A DNA stretch of 61,328 nucleotides, counting the filler, from Sphacelaria rigidula (Eukaryota), in assembly GCA_964200075.2 (NCBI GenBank). It is 6 parts of 6 records of this genome, joined end to end, with 100 filler letters (N's around TTAATTAATTAA, not from the genome) between each part and the next. Parts side by side here need not be neighbours in the genome. Positions count along the whole stretch, not along the records: positions 1 to 10,139 come from CAXNAA020007049.1; positions 10,240 to 20,377 come from CAXNAA020007050.1; 4 more parts are not named here. One strand, 5' to 3'. Below, piece by piece: positions 1 through 10,792 of the stretch; positions within the stretch are counted from its first letter, which is position 1; every line of letters begins with the position of its first letter. The notes under the pieces were generated by a model. The model was not told the origin of the DNA and made no database searches. It was given only the letters and a program-made list of their open reading frames with translations. Position numbers and translations under genes: made by a program.

Positions 1-96
1 TCTTTTCCGATTTTTTGTTGTTTCCCCCCCTCGGCCTCTTGTTTTTTTTTTTTTTTTCCTTCTTTTTTCCCCCCCCCCCCCCCCCATCTATTTAGC

Positions 97-160
97 CTGG
101 TCCGGCGAGAACCCGGCGTGCTCCGTCCCGGCTTTGTAGGGGCGAACCCCCGATAGGGTT
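97..160 (+). repeat. Short dispersed repeat CCTGGTCCGGCGAGAACCCGGCGTGCTCCGTCCCGGCTTTGTAGGG, associated with LINE 3' ends
   Basis: Copies at ~97-160, ~565-695 (tandem), ~9755-9845 (reverse) and ~10049-10135. Confidence 0.75.
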
Positions 161-219
161 GGCGTCGGTTGGCGATGACGCTATAAAATCATGCCACTCA
201 CTGCGTAAGCTAGGCAACC

Positions 220-380
220 AGGTTGCCGATTTTTATGCGCGCTTGCGTTTTTTTGCGGTAACCATGATGGTGGCCGAGCTAGACCATGTTGTACGGCGTA
301 GGAGAACCTCAACTCCGCACAAGGGGGATGATCGTACTACGTAGTGTGTAAATGGTGAGACATCCATGAGGCAGTGTATA
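220..380. repeat. Dispersed repeat fragment, reverse-complement homologue of ~38450-38640
   Basis: TTTTTTGCGGTAACCATGAT...CCGCACA...ATGGTGAGACA..CATGAGGCA is shared in opposite orientation. Confidence 0.65.
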
Positions 381-769
381 AGCCGTCGCTGCCTCTGGAA
401 GTGGCGATACCAGAGAATAAAGCAACTCATTGGAGGTTGTCATCCGAGTGCAAGATGATCAGTAGGCTTCGGGCCGAACAATATTAGCAGGATACAGGTC
501 ATCACCCTTCATGCGACTCGCCGAACACACTACGGCGCTTCGCGCTAGATGATTGAGTGCGAGCCTGGTCCGGCNNNNNNNNNNCCGGCTTTGTAGGGAT
601 GCGAGGTCAGTGATCTGATGACTACGGCATACATGATCATGAGTACACCCCTGGTCCGGCGAGTTCTGGAAGTACTTCCCCCCCCCCTGGTCCGCTACAC
701 TAGGAGATGGATTGTGGCCACAGATGGCAAAGTAGGAAGGGGATAAGGTGAATAAAAGGGTTTCGTGTG

Positions 770-900
770 ATGTAAGGAAGAAACGTCATGAGCGCCGAAA
801 TGTTGGTTGTGCCTCTCTTGGGAGTAGGACCGGTGCTCCGTCTCGAAAAAAGATGAGCGGTCAGAAATCACACGACTGAAGCAAGGAACAAATGAGCACG
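770..900 (+). mobile_element. Severely 5'-truncated 3' end of the LINE family seen at 18497-20306
   Basis: AAACGTCATGAGCGCC..AATGTTGG...GGAGTAGGACCGGTGCTCCGTCTCGAAA...CAAATGAGCAC matches the LINE terminus. Confidence 0.7.
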
Positions 901-1415
901 CCTGCCTCCTCGCCCCCCTCCCCACTTTTCAGGTATACATCGGCGTCCAAAGCGATCCCTGAGGTCTTTTTCAAGGGCTGTTATTCATTTGTTGATGATT
1001 TTTTTTGCTCTCGGCCCGCCGAGTATGTAGGTTGTGGACTGTGTCAACGATGACCGTCGTTCAGAATGCTCTGATGTTTTTTTTGTTGTGAATGATATTG
1101 CTGTGGTTATAGTTGATTCGTTTTTTTTTTTTTCTTTTTGTGGCTCGCTGGCGGTGAGAAAGTGAAAGTGTGTGTTCCTGCGGTGACCGGTTGCCGTGCC
1201 AGGTCCAGTAGATTGATTCCCTCAAGCCAGCATATGAATAAAGAGAGCCTCGCGCTGCCAAACGGGTACGCAAATTTAAATGCCTTAAAATACTCATGTT
1301 GGTTCACTGCCGAGAGGGTGAGATACATAGCGATGTTTTTCACAACAATTACATTGAGGAACGATTCCCGTTGTGGCTAACCCGCAACTATCGAGTATGG
1401 TACATCCAGGTTTAT

Positions 1416-1490
1416 GACCGGGGAGAGATGGGTTGATCCCTTGAGACCACGGAGTCGTCCCGAGGAAGGGGAGGGGGTGTTATTCAAAGT
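1416..1490. repeat. Dispersed repeat, reverse-complement copy at ~8579-8656
   Basis: CCGGGGAGAGATGGGTTGATCCCTTGAGA...CCCGAGGAAGGGGAGGGG occurs at both sites. Confidence 0.7.
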
Positions 1491-1825
1491 GCGAACTAAA
1501 TATATATAACAACAAGGGCTTGTGTGGCTCAGCTGTTTTGAACTGAGTCCCACAAGCGGAGCGCAACGAGTGCCCATCATAGCTGTGCATTTTCGAGTGA
1601 CATCGACAAAAGATTGGAAAAAGGTGACGTGCGAGTCAACAACAGAGGTCTGAGGGAATTAAATTCGAATATGACCCGAGTCACGCGGATGGGTCGCTCA
1701 CAAAGGAGTTTAGGCCGAACTTGAATCGAGTTAACCATTAACAATCTGTATTGATTGGTTGACGCCAAGTCTCGTTTTTGTACGTCGGCCGTCTTCCTCC
1801 TATCCAATGTGTTCACAAAATCTAG

Positions 1826-2122
1826 GAAATAGAGGCAGCGACAGAGGCGGCGGCGGCAGCAGCAGCAGCAGCCGCAGCAGCAGCAGTCGTAGCAGGAGTA
1901 ACAACTACAAAAGAAGTAGCAAGCCACCCATTGCAGAAGCTGACTAGGGATCGACAACCCATGTCTCTGACGGCGATCAACAGCCACAGAGTTATGATCG
2001 AGGACAGCGGTGACGAGGAAGAGGAACGGGACAGACAAGGGGAAGCGGTGTTCGGGCGCTCACCAACTGCTCCACACCCGCCCTCTCCTGCGGGAGAGGA
2101 CGAGAGCGTCGCAGCGGGAGAG
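1826..2122 (+). CDS. Internal exon of a large acidic membrane protein (poly-Ala, acidic tract)
   Basis: Acceptor TCTAG|GAA at 1825/1826 and donor GAG|GTGAGC at 2122/2123. Open frame reads EIEAATEAAAAA...EDESVAAGE and splices in phase 0 to 2573. Confidence 0.65.
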
Positions 2123-2572
2123 GTGAGCTGCACGGTTCAGGGTTTAATTTCGTCACTTGTTGCTCGTCTTGGAATATATACATACATCGAAGAGGTAGGC
2201 CGGAGTGGATTCATCTAGGGGGGTTGGACTGGTATATGTTGATCTGGTATGGCTTGGGGCAGGCTTAAATGCAATGGGTCAGGGAGAGTTGATCTCCGTT
2301 GGTGCTCGCCGACGATGTTGGCTTGACTTGAGCGTTCACCACACCAAGGCCATTTTCTCCTCGAGTAATTTCTTCAAACCATCGACTGGCATTCGTGTAT
2401 ACCAGGTACGCGCGTTGTCTGCCGCGAAAGAGAGGATAATTATCACGTACCGTCAGGATAACATTGGACGTATGAACACATGACATGGCTAGATTGGCAC
2501 GATGCAGCCATCTCACCCCTCCGCACGCGCTGCGCCTGCTCCTCGTGCCTGCTTCTCCTCTTGACATGATAG

Positions 2573-5500
2573 ATTACCATGCTTTTTCCGATATCACCAT
2601 CTGCTCTACACCCTGCTGAATCTGGAGATGTGGGTCCCCTGCCATCGTCCGTTGGCTCCATCGCGGATGGGGTCAGCGGCAGCAGCGGTGGCGGGGGTGA
2701 CGCGAGCGAGCAGGTGGCGGCGATACCGCCGATTCACTCCGATACATTGAAGTCATTGGCAGCAGACGACGGCACCGGAGCAGGGGAATGTGCGTGGCGT
2801 GGTGGAAGTGGCGATGAAAACAGCACCCTTGATTGCATTGCGGCCTCTATTCTCGTTCCTGCGGCCGTCGACCCTGCCGCGGCTGTTGCTACCGCTGCCG
2901 ATGCCAAGGCTCAGAGGGAAGGAGCGGAACGCGTTACAATGGAAAAAAACGATATCCCCGTTGGAGAAGGCGCTGGCGGAGATGCCGACGATGATGGCGA
3001 TATCAATGGTGGCGGGGACGGAGGTGACAGAGGAGGAGGTACGCACGAGCTTGAGCGGAAGTGCGGGGAGGGCAACTACAGCGGCGGTAACGTTGACGGA
3101 GACTGTGCTTCCGTCGCGCCCGGAAGTTGCAGCAGTTCAGCTGGGCTTCCAGCATCGCCTGGTGGCGCAGTTATTGCACTCGGTACCACCGCTACCTCTG
3201 CTGCCAAGGTGGCCGCCGACACAGCCGCTGCTCCGTCCGAAGAACTCGCATCGAAGGAGCCATCAGAGCGAGATCCCGGTGCCCACAAGGCAACACACGA
3301 ACCAGCCGCAGCGGTGGAGGTGGCGGCGGTGGCGTTGACGGAACAATCGAATATCGAGCACGTAACCCGCGCCGACCGTGGCGGCAATGTGCTTCCCCTC
3401 TCCGTCGAGTCCTCGGCCGTGAAACAAGAGGACGGGAAGGAGGAGGAGGATCGGGCGGTAGTGCACGTGGTACCCCCCCACCCTGTTCCGGCGGTGGAAT
3501 CGACTGCGGCCGCAGAAGAGGCTATGGTGGCAGCGTCGGACGATGGCTCGGAGCCCTCGGAGTCGACACCGGACAACGACCCAGAGTCCTCAGAAGCGGC
3601 ATCGTACGATGGCTCAGCGATCTCAGAGGTGGCGTCTGCCGGCGATGGGATCAGGTTTAAGGTTAGGGCGGAGGGAACAGCAGGTCGCAGAAGGTGGTGG
3701 AGGGTTAGGAGTGTATTCACGGGTTTGGCGGTCGTGGTGGTCGCGGTGGTGTGCGCGGGCTTGGCCGCCGGCGTGTTGGACTCGAGCGTGGGGCACGGGG
3801 AGGTTGGTGAAAAGGTCAAGGACGTATGCGAAAATGTACGCGCTGTCGTCATGGAGCGCGCAGTTGTCATGGAGCGAGGGGTTAAGCGCGCCGTCGAGTG
3901 TGTCGGCGATTTTAGTAGCATCGTACAAAATTCATTTGGAGTAGTTGGTGCTGTAACCATGGAGCAGGTGGTTGACATCACCATCGAGAGGTTCGAAAAA
4001 GCGGCGGACAGTGTACAAGAAGCGTGGGATGATTTCGAGCTGCCAGGAAGGATCGTCGGCGAGGTTCAACGGGCAGTGCTTGTCGCCCGGGAGCGTGCGG
4101 TAGTACACTTGCAGGATGTGTGGCGGGCGTTATTCTCTGGTGCGTTTCATGGGATAGACCCATATCGTGGGATTGAAGAGGTTAAACGATTTGTGAGAGA
4201 GCCGCGGGTGTGCATGACTGATGCTCTCGTGAGATTGCAGGATATGATCGCTGTTGTTTTTCCTGGTTACTTTCGCCCGTCTGAATCTGGATCCATAGCC
4301 ACCGCTGGCAGTCAGGATGATGACCGTGATCAGCGTGATAGACGTGTTGCCCATGGTTCTGAATCTACAGACGTGGGCAGCCCTTCCGACGGAAACGATG
4401 GGCTGACTACCGAAGAGGGTGCATCAGTCACGACGGCTGACGGCATCGACGAGAAATTTATCGCCGAGACCACCCTCCCCGCAATCGCCATCGCTGATAG
4501 TCGAGATATCGTCACAGTCGACAATGACGCAGATAATGGACGTGATGCCGATGGACCTGCTGATTCCATGGATTTAGGTGGTCCCTACGACAGAAAATTC
4601 GTATCGACTACCGGAGATGATATTTCAGTCACATTGGCCAACGATATGGACGAGGGACTTACGTCCGAGACCCATCTCCTTGCCGTCGACGCCACTAGCA
4701 AAAAAGATACTGCCGCTGCCGACAACGATGAGAGTCATTGGCGTGTTGCTGATGCTTCGGAATCTACGGATCTGGGTAGTCCTCTCGACGGGAGCGGCGG
4801 ACTGACTGCCGGGGGAGGTATATCAGTCACGACAGCTGAGGACATGGAAAGGGTGTCGATTTCCGAGACCGCTCTCCCCGCACAGTGGTCTGCAAAACGG
4901 TCTCGAGCGGAAAAGAGTGGCGAAAAGCGTATCCACGTCACTGCCGTTGTTGGTAAATCAAACATTTTGCACGACGACGCAGTTCGCACTTATGGCGGAT
5001 TTGCGCCTGTCAGAAGCAGTGGGTCTACACGACCTGAGCAACCTGTACAGGCAGAAGGTCCTCGTCGCTCAGCCAACCCCAACGATATCTGTCATATCGT
5101 CGAAGGCTACGGAGATGTGCGGCAAGACGATGTCGAGCGGTGGCGGGAACTAGCGGCAGTCCTTCGTTGGGATTTCCAGGATTTGCCCGGCGGCAAGTGC
5201 TACGAAGATGACGAGGAAGCCATGGAGGACTGGAAGGAGTTCAGGGAGATATTGACCTCGAGGGAATCTTCGGCATCGGCTCCTACCTCTGCTTCAACTT
5301 CGACAGTAGCATTAACATCCCCAGCGTCAGCAGCACACGCAGGTGGATGGACGCTTGAGGGGGTGCCGGGCGTTGGGGACCATCTTCACGAACCGGTGCG
5401 ATCTGATGAGGGTTTGCTGGACGGCGTCGATTCATCTTCCTCACCTTCTCCGTCTTCTCTTCCTCTCCCTATTCGCTGGACTGAGAAAGAAATGAGGAGA

Positions 5501-5740
5501 GGCACTACGCCCATGAAAAGCACCACGGAGGCCGCACACGCTATCCGCTCGGCAGTACGGGGAGGGGGAGGAGGGGGGGGAGGAGGAGACGTGGAAATGG
5601 CTTCAAAGTTGAGGGGTGACCGGGAAAATTCGGACGGCTTCCCGCGAGAAGGGAAACGGAGTAAGAATGTCAAGGTGAGGCCAGGGGGGAGAAGGGCGGG
5701 GGGGGTCTTCCTTGGTAGACCGGAGCCCATGAAAACCTAA
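2573..5740 (+). CDS. Terminal ~3.2-kb exon of an uncharacterised low-complexity acidic protein with one predicted TM helix and three ~66-aa internal repeats
   Basis: 1053-codon ORF from 2579. A pyrimidine tract plus ATAG|ATT ACC ATG gives an in-frame acceptor. Hydrophobic segment VFTGLAVVVVAVVCAGLAAGVL follows basic RRRWWRVR. No family recognised. Confidence 0.8.
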   Translation: MTMLFPISPSALHPAESGDVGPLPSSVGSIADGVSGSSGGGGDASEQVAAIPPIHSDTLKSLAADDGTGAGECAWRGGSGDENSTLDCIAASILVPAAVDPAAAVATAADAKAQREGAERVTMEKNDIPVGEGAGGDADDDGDINGGGDGGDRGGGTHELERKCGEGNYSGGNVDGDCASVAPGSCSSSAGLPASPGGAVIALGTTATSAAKVAADTAAAPSEELASKEPSERDPGAHKATHEPAAAVEVAAVALTEQSNIEHVTRADRGGNVLPLSVESSAVKQEDGKEEEDRAVVHVVPPHPVPAVESTAAAEEAMVAASDDGSEPSESTPDNDPESSEAASYDGSAISEVASAGDGIRFKVRAEGTAGRRRWWRVRSVFTGLAVVVVAVVCAGLAAGVLDSSVGHGEVGEKVKDVCENVRAVVMERAVVMERGVKRAVECVGDFSSIVQNSFGVVGAVTMEQVVDITIERFEKAADSVQEAWDDFELPGRIVGEVQRAVLVARERAVVHLQDVWRALFSGAFHGIDPYRGIEEVKRFVREPRVCMTDALVRLQDMIAVVFPGYFRPSESGSIATAGSQDDDRDQRDRRVAHGSESTDVGSPSDGNDGLTTEEGASVTTADGIDEKFIAETTLPAIAIADSRDIVTVDNDADNGRDADGPADSMDLGGPYDRKFVSTTGDDISVTLANDMDEGLTSETHLLAVDATSKKDTAAADNDESHWRVADASESTDLGSPLDGSGGLTAGGGISVTTAEDMERVSISETALPAQWSAKRSRAEKSGEKRIHVTAVVGKSNILHDDAVRTYGGFAPVRSSGSTRPEQPVQAEGPRRSANPNDICHIVEGYGDVRQDDVERWRELAAVLRWDFQDLPGGKCYEDDEEAMEDWKEFREILTSRESSASAPTSASTSTVALTSPASAAHAGGWTLEGVPGVGDHLHEPVRSDEGLLDGVDSSSSPSPSSLPLPIRWTEKEMRRGTTPMKSTTEAAHAIRSAVRGGGGGGGGGDVEMASKLRGDRENSDGFPREGKRSKNVKVRPGGRRAGGVFLGRPEPMKT

Positions 5741-7794
5741 CGGCTACGTTTGGGGCCTGCTCTCGGTCAATACGAGGCACTGAGGCATTGGAAGCAGGAC
5801 GACTGTTACCGATTTCCGCCCCGAGCCGCACACGTCACGTACTTCGTCTCTTTTTTTGTCACGCTTCGATAAGTGTTCACCCCTGTTCCCCTGTGTATCG
5901 CCTGCCGGAGTTATCCTGGCTTTGTATACCCCTGACCTCATCTGCCTGCGCAACGACAACGCGCCTAGTCAACGAGAGATCCGTTCATGTCGTACGCAAC
6001 ACGACGCTGAAAAACATAACAACATTCAATTGTATGTCGATTTGATATAGAAATTAAAACATAAAACGGTTTTCTGAACTCTGTATGTACCCGAAAGAGA
6101 GACCGCACGTACAACCCAAGGCAAAATTTCAAGCGCTTCCTCCACCTCTGTGTGGTGCTTCGTGTCTAGCCGAACAAAAAACATGGTGTCTGTTCGATGT
6201 CCGCGAGCCACAGGACAGAGCAGTAATCCACGGCGGTGCACAAAAAGGATTCTTGCACACGAGTTTTAGCTGATTGCGTTTATTCTTGTTATTGGGCTGG
6301 AGTCTCCGGGGGAAAATGGAGGACTATGCGTCTTGTCAGGAGTAGCAGGGACGATATTGGAAAGACCAGCCCACGTCTGTGACCACGGGTTCGAGATACC
6401 GGACTAATGTGCGGAAATAGTAATAATAACAACAACAGGAGTTAACCCACGTTGTTTCTGGGGAGTTGAGGATGAAATGAGAAGCGCCATGGGGTGTTTT
6501 TTCATCGTTACCAGGGTCAAGAGGGAGAGGTGCTCCGTTTTTTTTTCTTGTGTTTCAAAGGATGGGGTTGGGCAGGAGAGACAAGCAGCGAAGCGTATCA
6601 GGTGGGGAGCAAAGCATTCGGACTAGCGGAACACGCAATGACATACAGCATGATACATGGTGCATGCATACCTCAGGACGCGACCACTAGTGCATTCAGT
6701 GGCAGCAACAGTGGGACACTTTACTGTAGATGGCATCGGTTTCCGGTAAATCCCATTCATGGGTGCATTCTCTGTACTCGTTACCCCTGCTTATTTTCGC
6801 AAGGCATCAATCGTCTTCGGGCCATGGCATCTACGCTTTTACTGTACTGTCCTTTCCGCGAGGGTACTGATTGTACAATACGTTTTTTTTGTCCTTCAAC
6901 CCGGGTACGTTTCGAAGGTGCTCATCTGCTTTCGTTTCAAATATTATCTCGCGGAGAGGTTCATGTTGATCGTGGAGAGGAAAAAAGTAATAATATCATG
7001 CTGCATTATTATTATCGAGACGTTTGGAAATACGCATAATAATAATAATTTTCACAACCGGGTGTACCTGATGAATTCGATACTTTTTTTTTTCAAAGCT
7101 CGCAATACTTGTTTCGTTCAGCATTGCGAGTTTCGCATGTGGTTCGTGAAAAAATAAAGTTTCACAAAAAGCGTCAACGTCAATATACCCACAGTATACC
7201 CTGACAAAAGTTACTCTTGACATCACAGGAACGATTTCCGAAACTCTCCACATCGTGTATACTCACAAAATTACGCCGCATAAAGTTGACATTGTGCGGA
7301 AACACGCCAACCAATACAGTACAGTGCAGTTTTTGTCTAATGTGTCCGACCCTACAATACGCTCAGCTTCCCCGTTCGAGCGGACGGTAAGCAGTAAGAG
7401 CTACTGGGTCGGTGAAGCTTGCGCATCGGTGTCTACTGAAGTAATGTGCTCGAGGAAAAACATTTAGGTAAAACGTATACACTAAAGTGCCACACCCCCA
7501 GTACAGCGGTCGACGTATACAACATTACGGTGAATACCACCCTCTAGCTGTCCTGTCGTCCGTGTTTCTTCCGATCGACTGCAGCAACACAGTATGCGTG
7601 GGAGTGACAGGGCGCTTTATGGGGTTGAACTCATCATACGGTACTGTATGTAGGGTGACCCACGCGTCCTCGTGATCTTTGTTCCTATTCGAAGTTGAAC
7701 GTGCACATCCTACTCCATGAATTACGAATGCCTTCTGTCCTCGTTGATGGTGGGTGCGAAAATACTGCGTATTCTTCCCTTACGTGGCCGTGAG

Positions 7795-8500
7795 GTTAGT
7801 GCGTACCGCTGCTTCGGTGAGCATGGGATACCACGACGTTCGTATCGCTGGTACCACGATCACAGCACTGTGCTGTGTCCTGAAGCACTAATCCTACCAT
7901 CACCGGGCGTGAGCAGCAGGATCCGAGGCACTCCTGTGTCTGACAAATAAATCTGCTAACGTGGTGACTAATAACCTCTGCCCCGTGTGATCCTGCCGTA
8001 TGATATCGAGAGTTGCCTCCACCTGGTGCTCCCGGTGGTTTCTTCCGAGCTGACGCCGTGGATGCCATCAGGGTCCATGTCAAACTCGCCCCACTCGAAC
8101 CACAACTGATGATGGCATCTTGCTCTTGGTCTCACGTGCTTCTCGGCTCCTGTTCTTGGGAGGCCTTCTTCCTCTGAATTACGTACGTGTGGTGAAGTCA
8201 TGTGTAACTTGTATCATGAAGAGCTGCTGGATACGTTTTGTGCATGCGTTCGTGTCCCTGCCCTTACTCTTCCTGAAAGCATGCTTGATGATATGATCAT
8301 CAATATCTCGTGATGTAGTGATAGATTAATCACCGCCACCCGATCAGCTTGCTTGCAAGCAAGAGAGCCTAAGCGCCTCGTGCAGTGCGAGCGTCTCCTT
8401 GGAATTGATGTGTGCCGTAATCCGTTCGGCTGGGAAATTCGCGGCAGCTGTAGACGTGACACCTGAAGGGCGCCGGAGACGGACCTCTGCAACTTCCTCT
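7795..8500 (-). pseudogene. Decayed DIRS/Ngaro-like tyrosine-recombinase retroelement fragment (RNase H plus downstream MT-like region)
   Basis: Frameshifted minus-strand peptides in the expected order: HINSKETLALHEAL (RNase H HINxxE), DIDDHIIKHAFRK, IQQLFMIQV, LWFEWGEFDMD, SRYH, PVMVGLVLQ, AVIVVP..SWYPML. Confidence 0.6.
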
Positions 8501-10139
8501 GAAATTGTTCGATTGGAAAGGTGGACACGCCATATATATTGATATATATATATATTTCTATTATTTATTTGTCGCAATTTGAACCCCTCCCCTTCCTCGG
8601 GGCGAGCCCGTGATCTGTCTGTCTATCTCAAGGGATCAACCCATCTCTCCCCGGTGAAGTGTCTGCTAGTAAGAGGTGAAGAAGGGTTAAAGTGGTCGTT
8701 CAGGGTTGGTCGACCTCGTCTCTTGGCGTTCGAGTCGGAACCGCGGAGGAGTTGTTTTCTTACACGGGTGAAAGAGGTGCTCACATTGCTCTTGATGTAA
8801 CATCAACGAGCTTTTCGCCCCGTCTTTCTTGCTTTCCATTGGCGCCCCCGCGACGTGGTCGGTGCTCAAGGCAATCATACAACCGCCGCCGGAGTTCTTG
8901 CGCGGAGATGATAGCCCGGTGCCGGTGACGTTCGTGACGCGCTGCCTCGCCAAGGACAGACAACCATCGTCGAGGGGCGGCTGTTCTCCCCTGCCGTTGG
9001 TGTTGCAGAACAACCAGCACAACTCTACGGTCCGTCATGTTTTGTAATTGCGTGTGGTACTGTGTTATGTTTGGTGTGTTGTGCTGTGTCGTGTTGTCTT
9101 GGTGTCGTGTCATGTTGCCTTTTTTCTGTGTATCTTGTGTCATTGCTCGCTTTGAGCCTGCAGTTCGTCGCACGATCCTTGTGTTTGGTGTTGCAGTATG
9201 TTCTTTGTTGATTTGGTATCTCTCGTTTCGTCTTGCCCTGCATTTCCCGTGTTTTATTTTTTTCTTCCTTTTTCTGAAAGCTTCGTGTCTTTTCGAGCAC
9301 GTTTTCTTCAGGGATAATGATGACCCATCCTATCGTCGATCACCTCCTCGGGAGCACCATTTCCTCTCCATTGTTTTCTGTCTGAATGCCTCCTTTTCTT
9401 TCCTCATCGTTGGCTGTATTTGTTTGTTCACGGTGTTGTGTTTTCTCCTTTCGACGTGTGCTTTTGTTGTTTGTTCTTGACTTGATATCCGATCGCGCAT
9501 TACTTTTTCTCCGACTCTTTTCCCATGCCGCCCTTGCTTGGATCGGCAGAACATGGTGGTTCTGCGCGCGCCGGGAGAGGTTGAAAAGTCGATGTGGAGA
9601 TCCCGAAGGTCGTCCGTTACAAGCACCAAACAGGTACACATGGATCGCCCGCTTCAGGCCACGCGTATAGTCTTCGGTCATGAGCACCGACAATATCCAC
9701 TGAAAAGATTATCCCTTCGCACAGCTTTTCGAGCAGAGTCATGCTCCGATATGGTGTACTCATGATCTTGCATGCCGTAGTTATATGGCCATCGACCTCG
9801 CATCCATACAAAGCCGGGACGGAGCACGCCGGGTTTTGGCCGAATCAGGTTCGAATGCTGCGATGGGGGGGGGGGGGGGGCTTCTACAATACGAAAACAA
9901 CGGGTCATGGGTGTGTCAGATGATGTGACACACTCGCGGTGCGCTTGTACTTGGGCAGAACAGGTGTCAAGCATTGTGAGCAAGCGCTATATATCGGTAA
10001 CAAGCGCGTTCGAACAGCTGTTGCTGCTTCCAACGACGATTAGAAGCGGAGTTCTGGAAGTACTTCCCCCCCCCCTGGTCCGGCGAGAACCCGGCGTGCC
10101 CCGTCCCGGCTTTGTAGGGGCGGACCCCCGGTCGGGTGG

Positions 10140-10239
10140 NNNNNNNNNNNNNNNNNNNNNNNNNNNNNNNNNNNNNNNNNNNNTTAATTAATTAANNNNN
10201 NNNNNNNNNNNNNNNNNNNNNNNNNNNNNNNNNNNNNNN
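10140..10239. other. Artificial contig spacer (N44-TTAATTAATTAA-N44)
   Basis: 100 nt with stops in all six frames. Identical spacers at 20378-20477, 30616-30715, 40854-40953 and 51092-51191. Confidence 0.97.
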
Positions 10240-10539
10240 TTTTTGGCCCTGTCCCGGGTTTTTGGGGTGGGGGGGTTGGTGGTTTGTGGAGAATGGCCGG
10301 CATGTTCTGGGGTCCCCCCCCCCCCCCCCCCCCCCTCCCCCCACCTCTGCTCCACCAGCTCCGTCTCGAAAGGGATGCGAGGTCAATGGTCAAAGGACTA
10401 AGGCAAGCAACAAATGAGTACACTACCCCTTCCACCCCTCTTCCAGCGCCTTTTTCTTTCTCAAGGCTGTCACAGCAGGATAACTAGCACAAACACCTCC
10501 GTCACCAAGTTTTGCCGTCGCAAAAATCGGCAATCGTCC

Positions 10540-10792
10540 CTAGAAAGTGCAGCGCCCTATGAATAGACACTGCGGGCTGGAAAGGCTCGGCTTGTTGTAA
10601 CAAAGCCGTAGATCACCACCAAATCCACTCGACCTATCGCATTGCCGTGCGGACTCTGCCGTTGCTGCTCTCTTCTCGTGTTGTAAGGCAGAGGCTATGT
10701 CTGCCATTCCACCGTCACCCACCCCGTCGTACCGAAGTACAGCCCCTCCTGCTTCCTCGATTATTGCATGCGTCGCGCATGTGTCCCACTCG
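10540..10792 (-). CDS. CysQ-like 3'(2'),5'-bisphosphate nucleotidase / inositol monophosphatase family, terminal exon
   Basis: Acceptor TGCAG|C GAG TGG. Encodes (S)EWDTCATHAIIEEAGG, the family WDxxAxxxIxxEAGG motif, and YNKPSL before the stop. Confidence 0.9.

Noticed and set aside
3076..3984. 302-aa minus-strand ORF
   Set aside because: It is the antisense shadow of the GC-rich 1053-aa ORF and has no independent motifs.
9037..9480. Hydrophobic 147-aa ORF resembling a membrane protein
   Set aside because: It is a translation of T/G-rich low-complexity DNA (Phe/Val/Cys bias) with no family motif.
10184..10195. TTAATTAATTAA recurring every 10238 bp as a biological periodic motif or CRISPR-like repeat
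   Set aside because: It is always centred in N runs and is an artificial six-frame-stop spacer.
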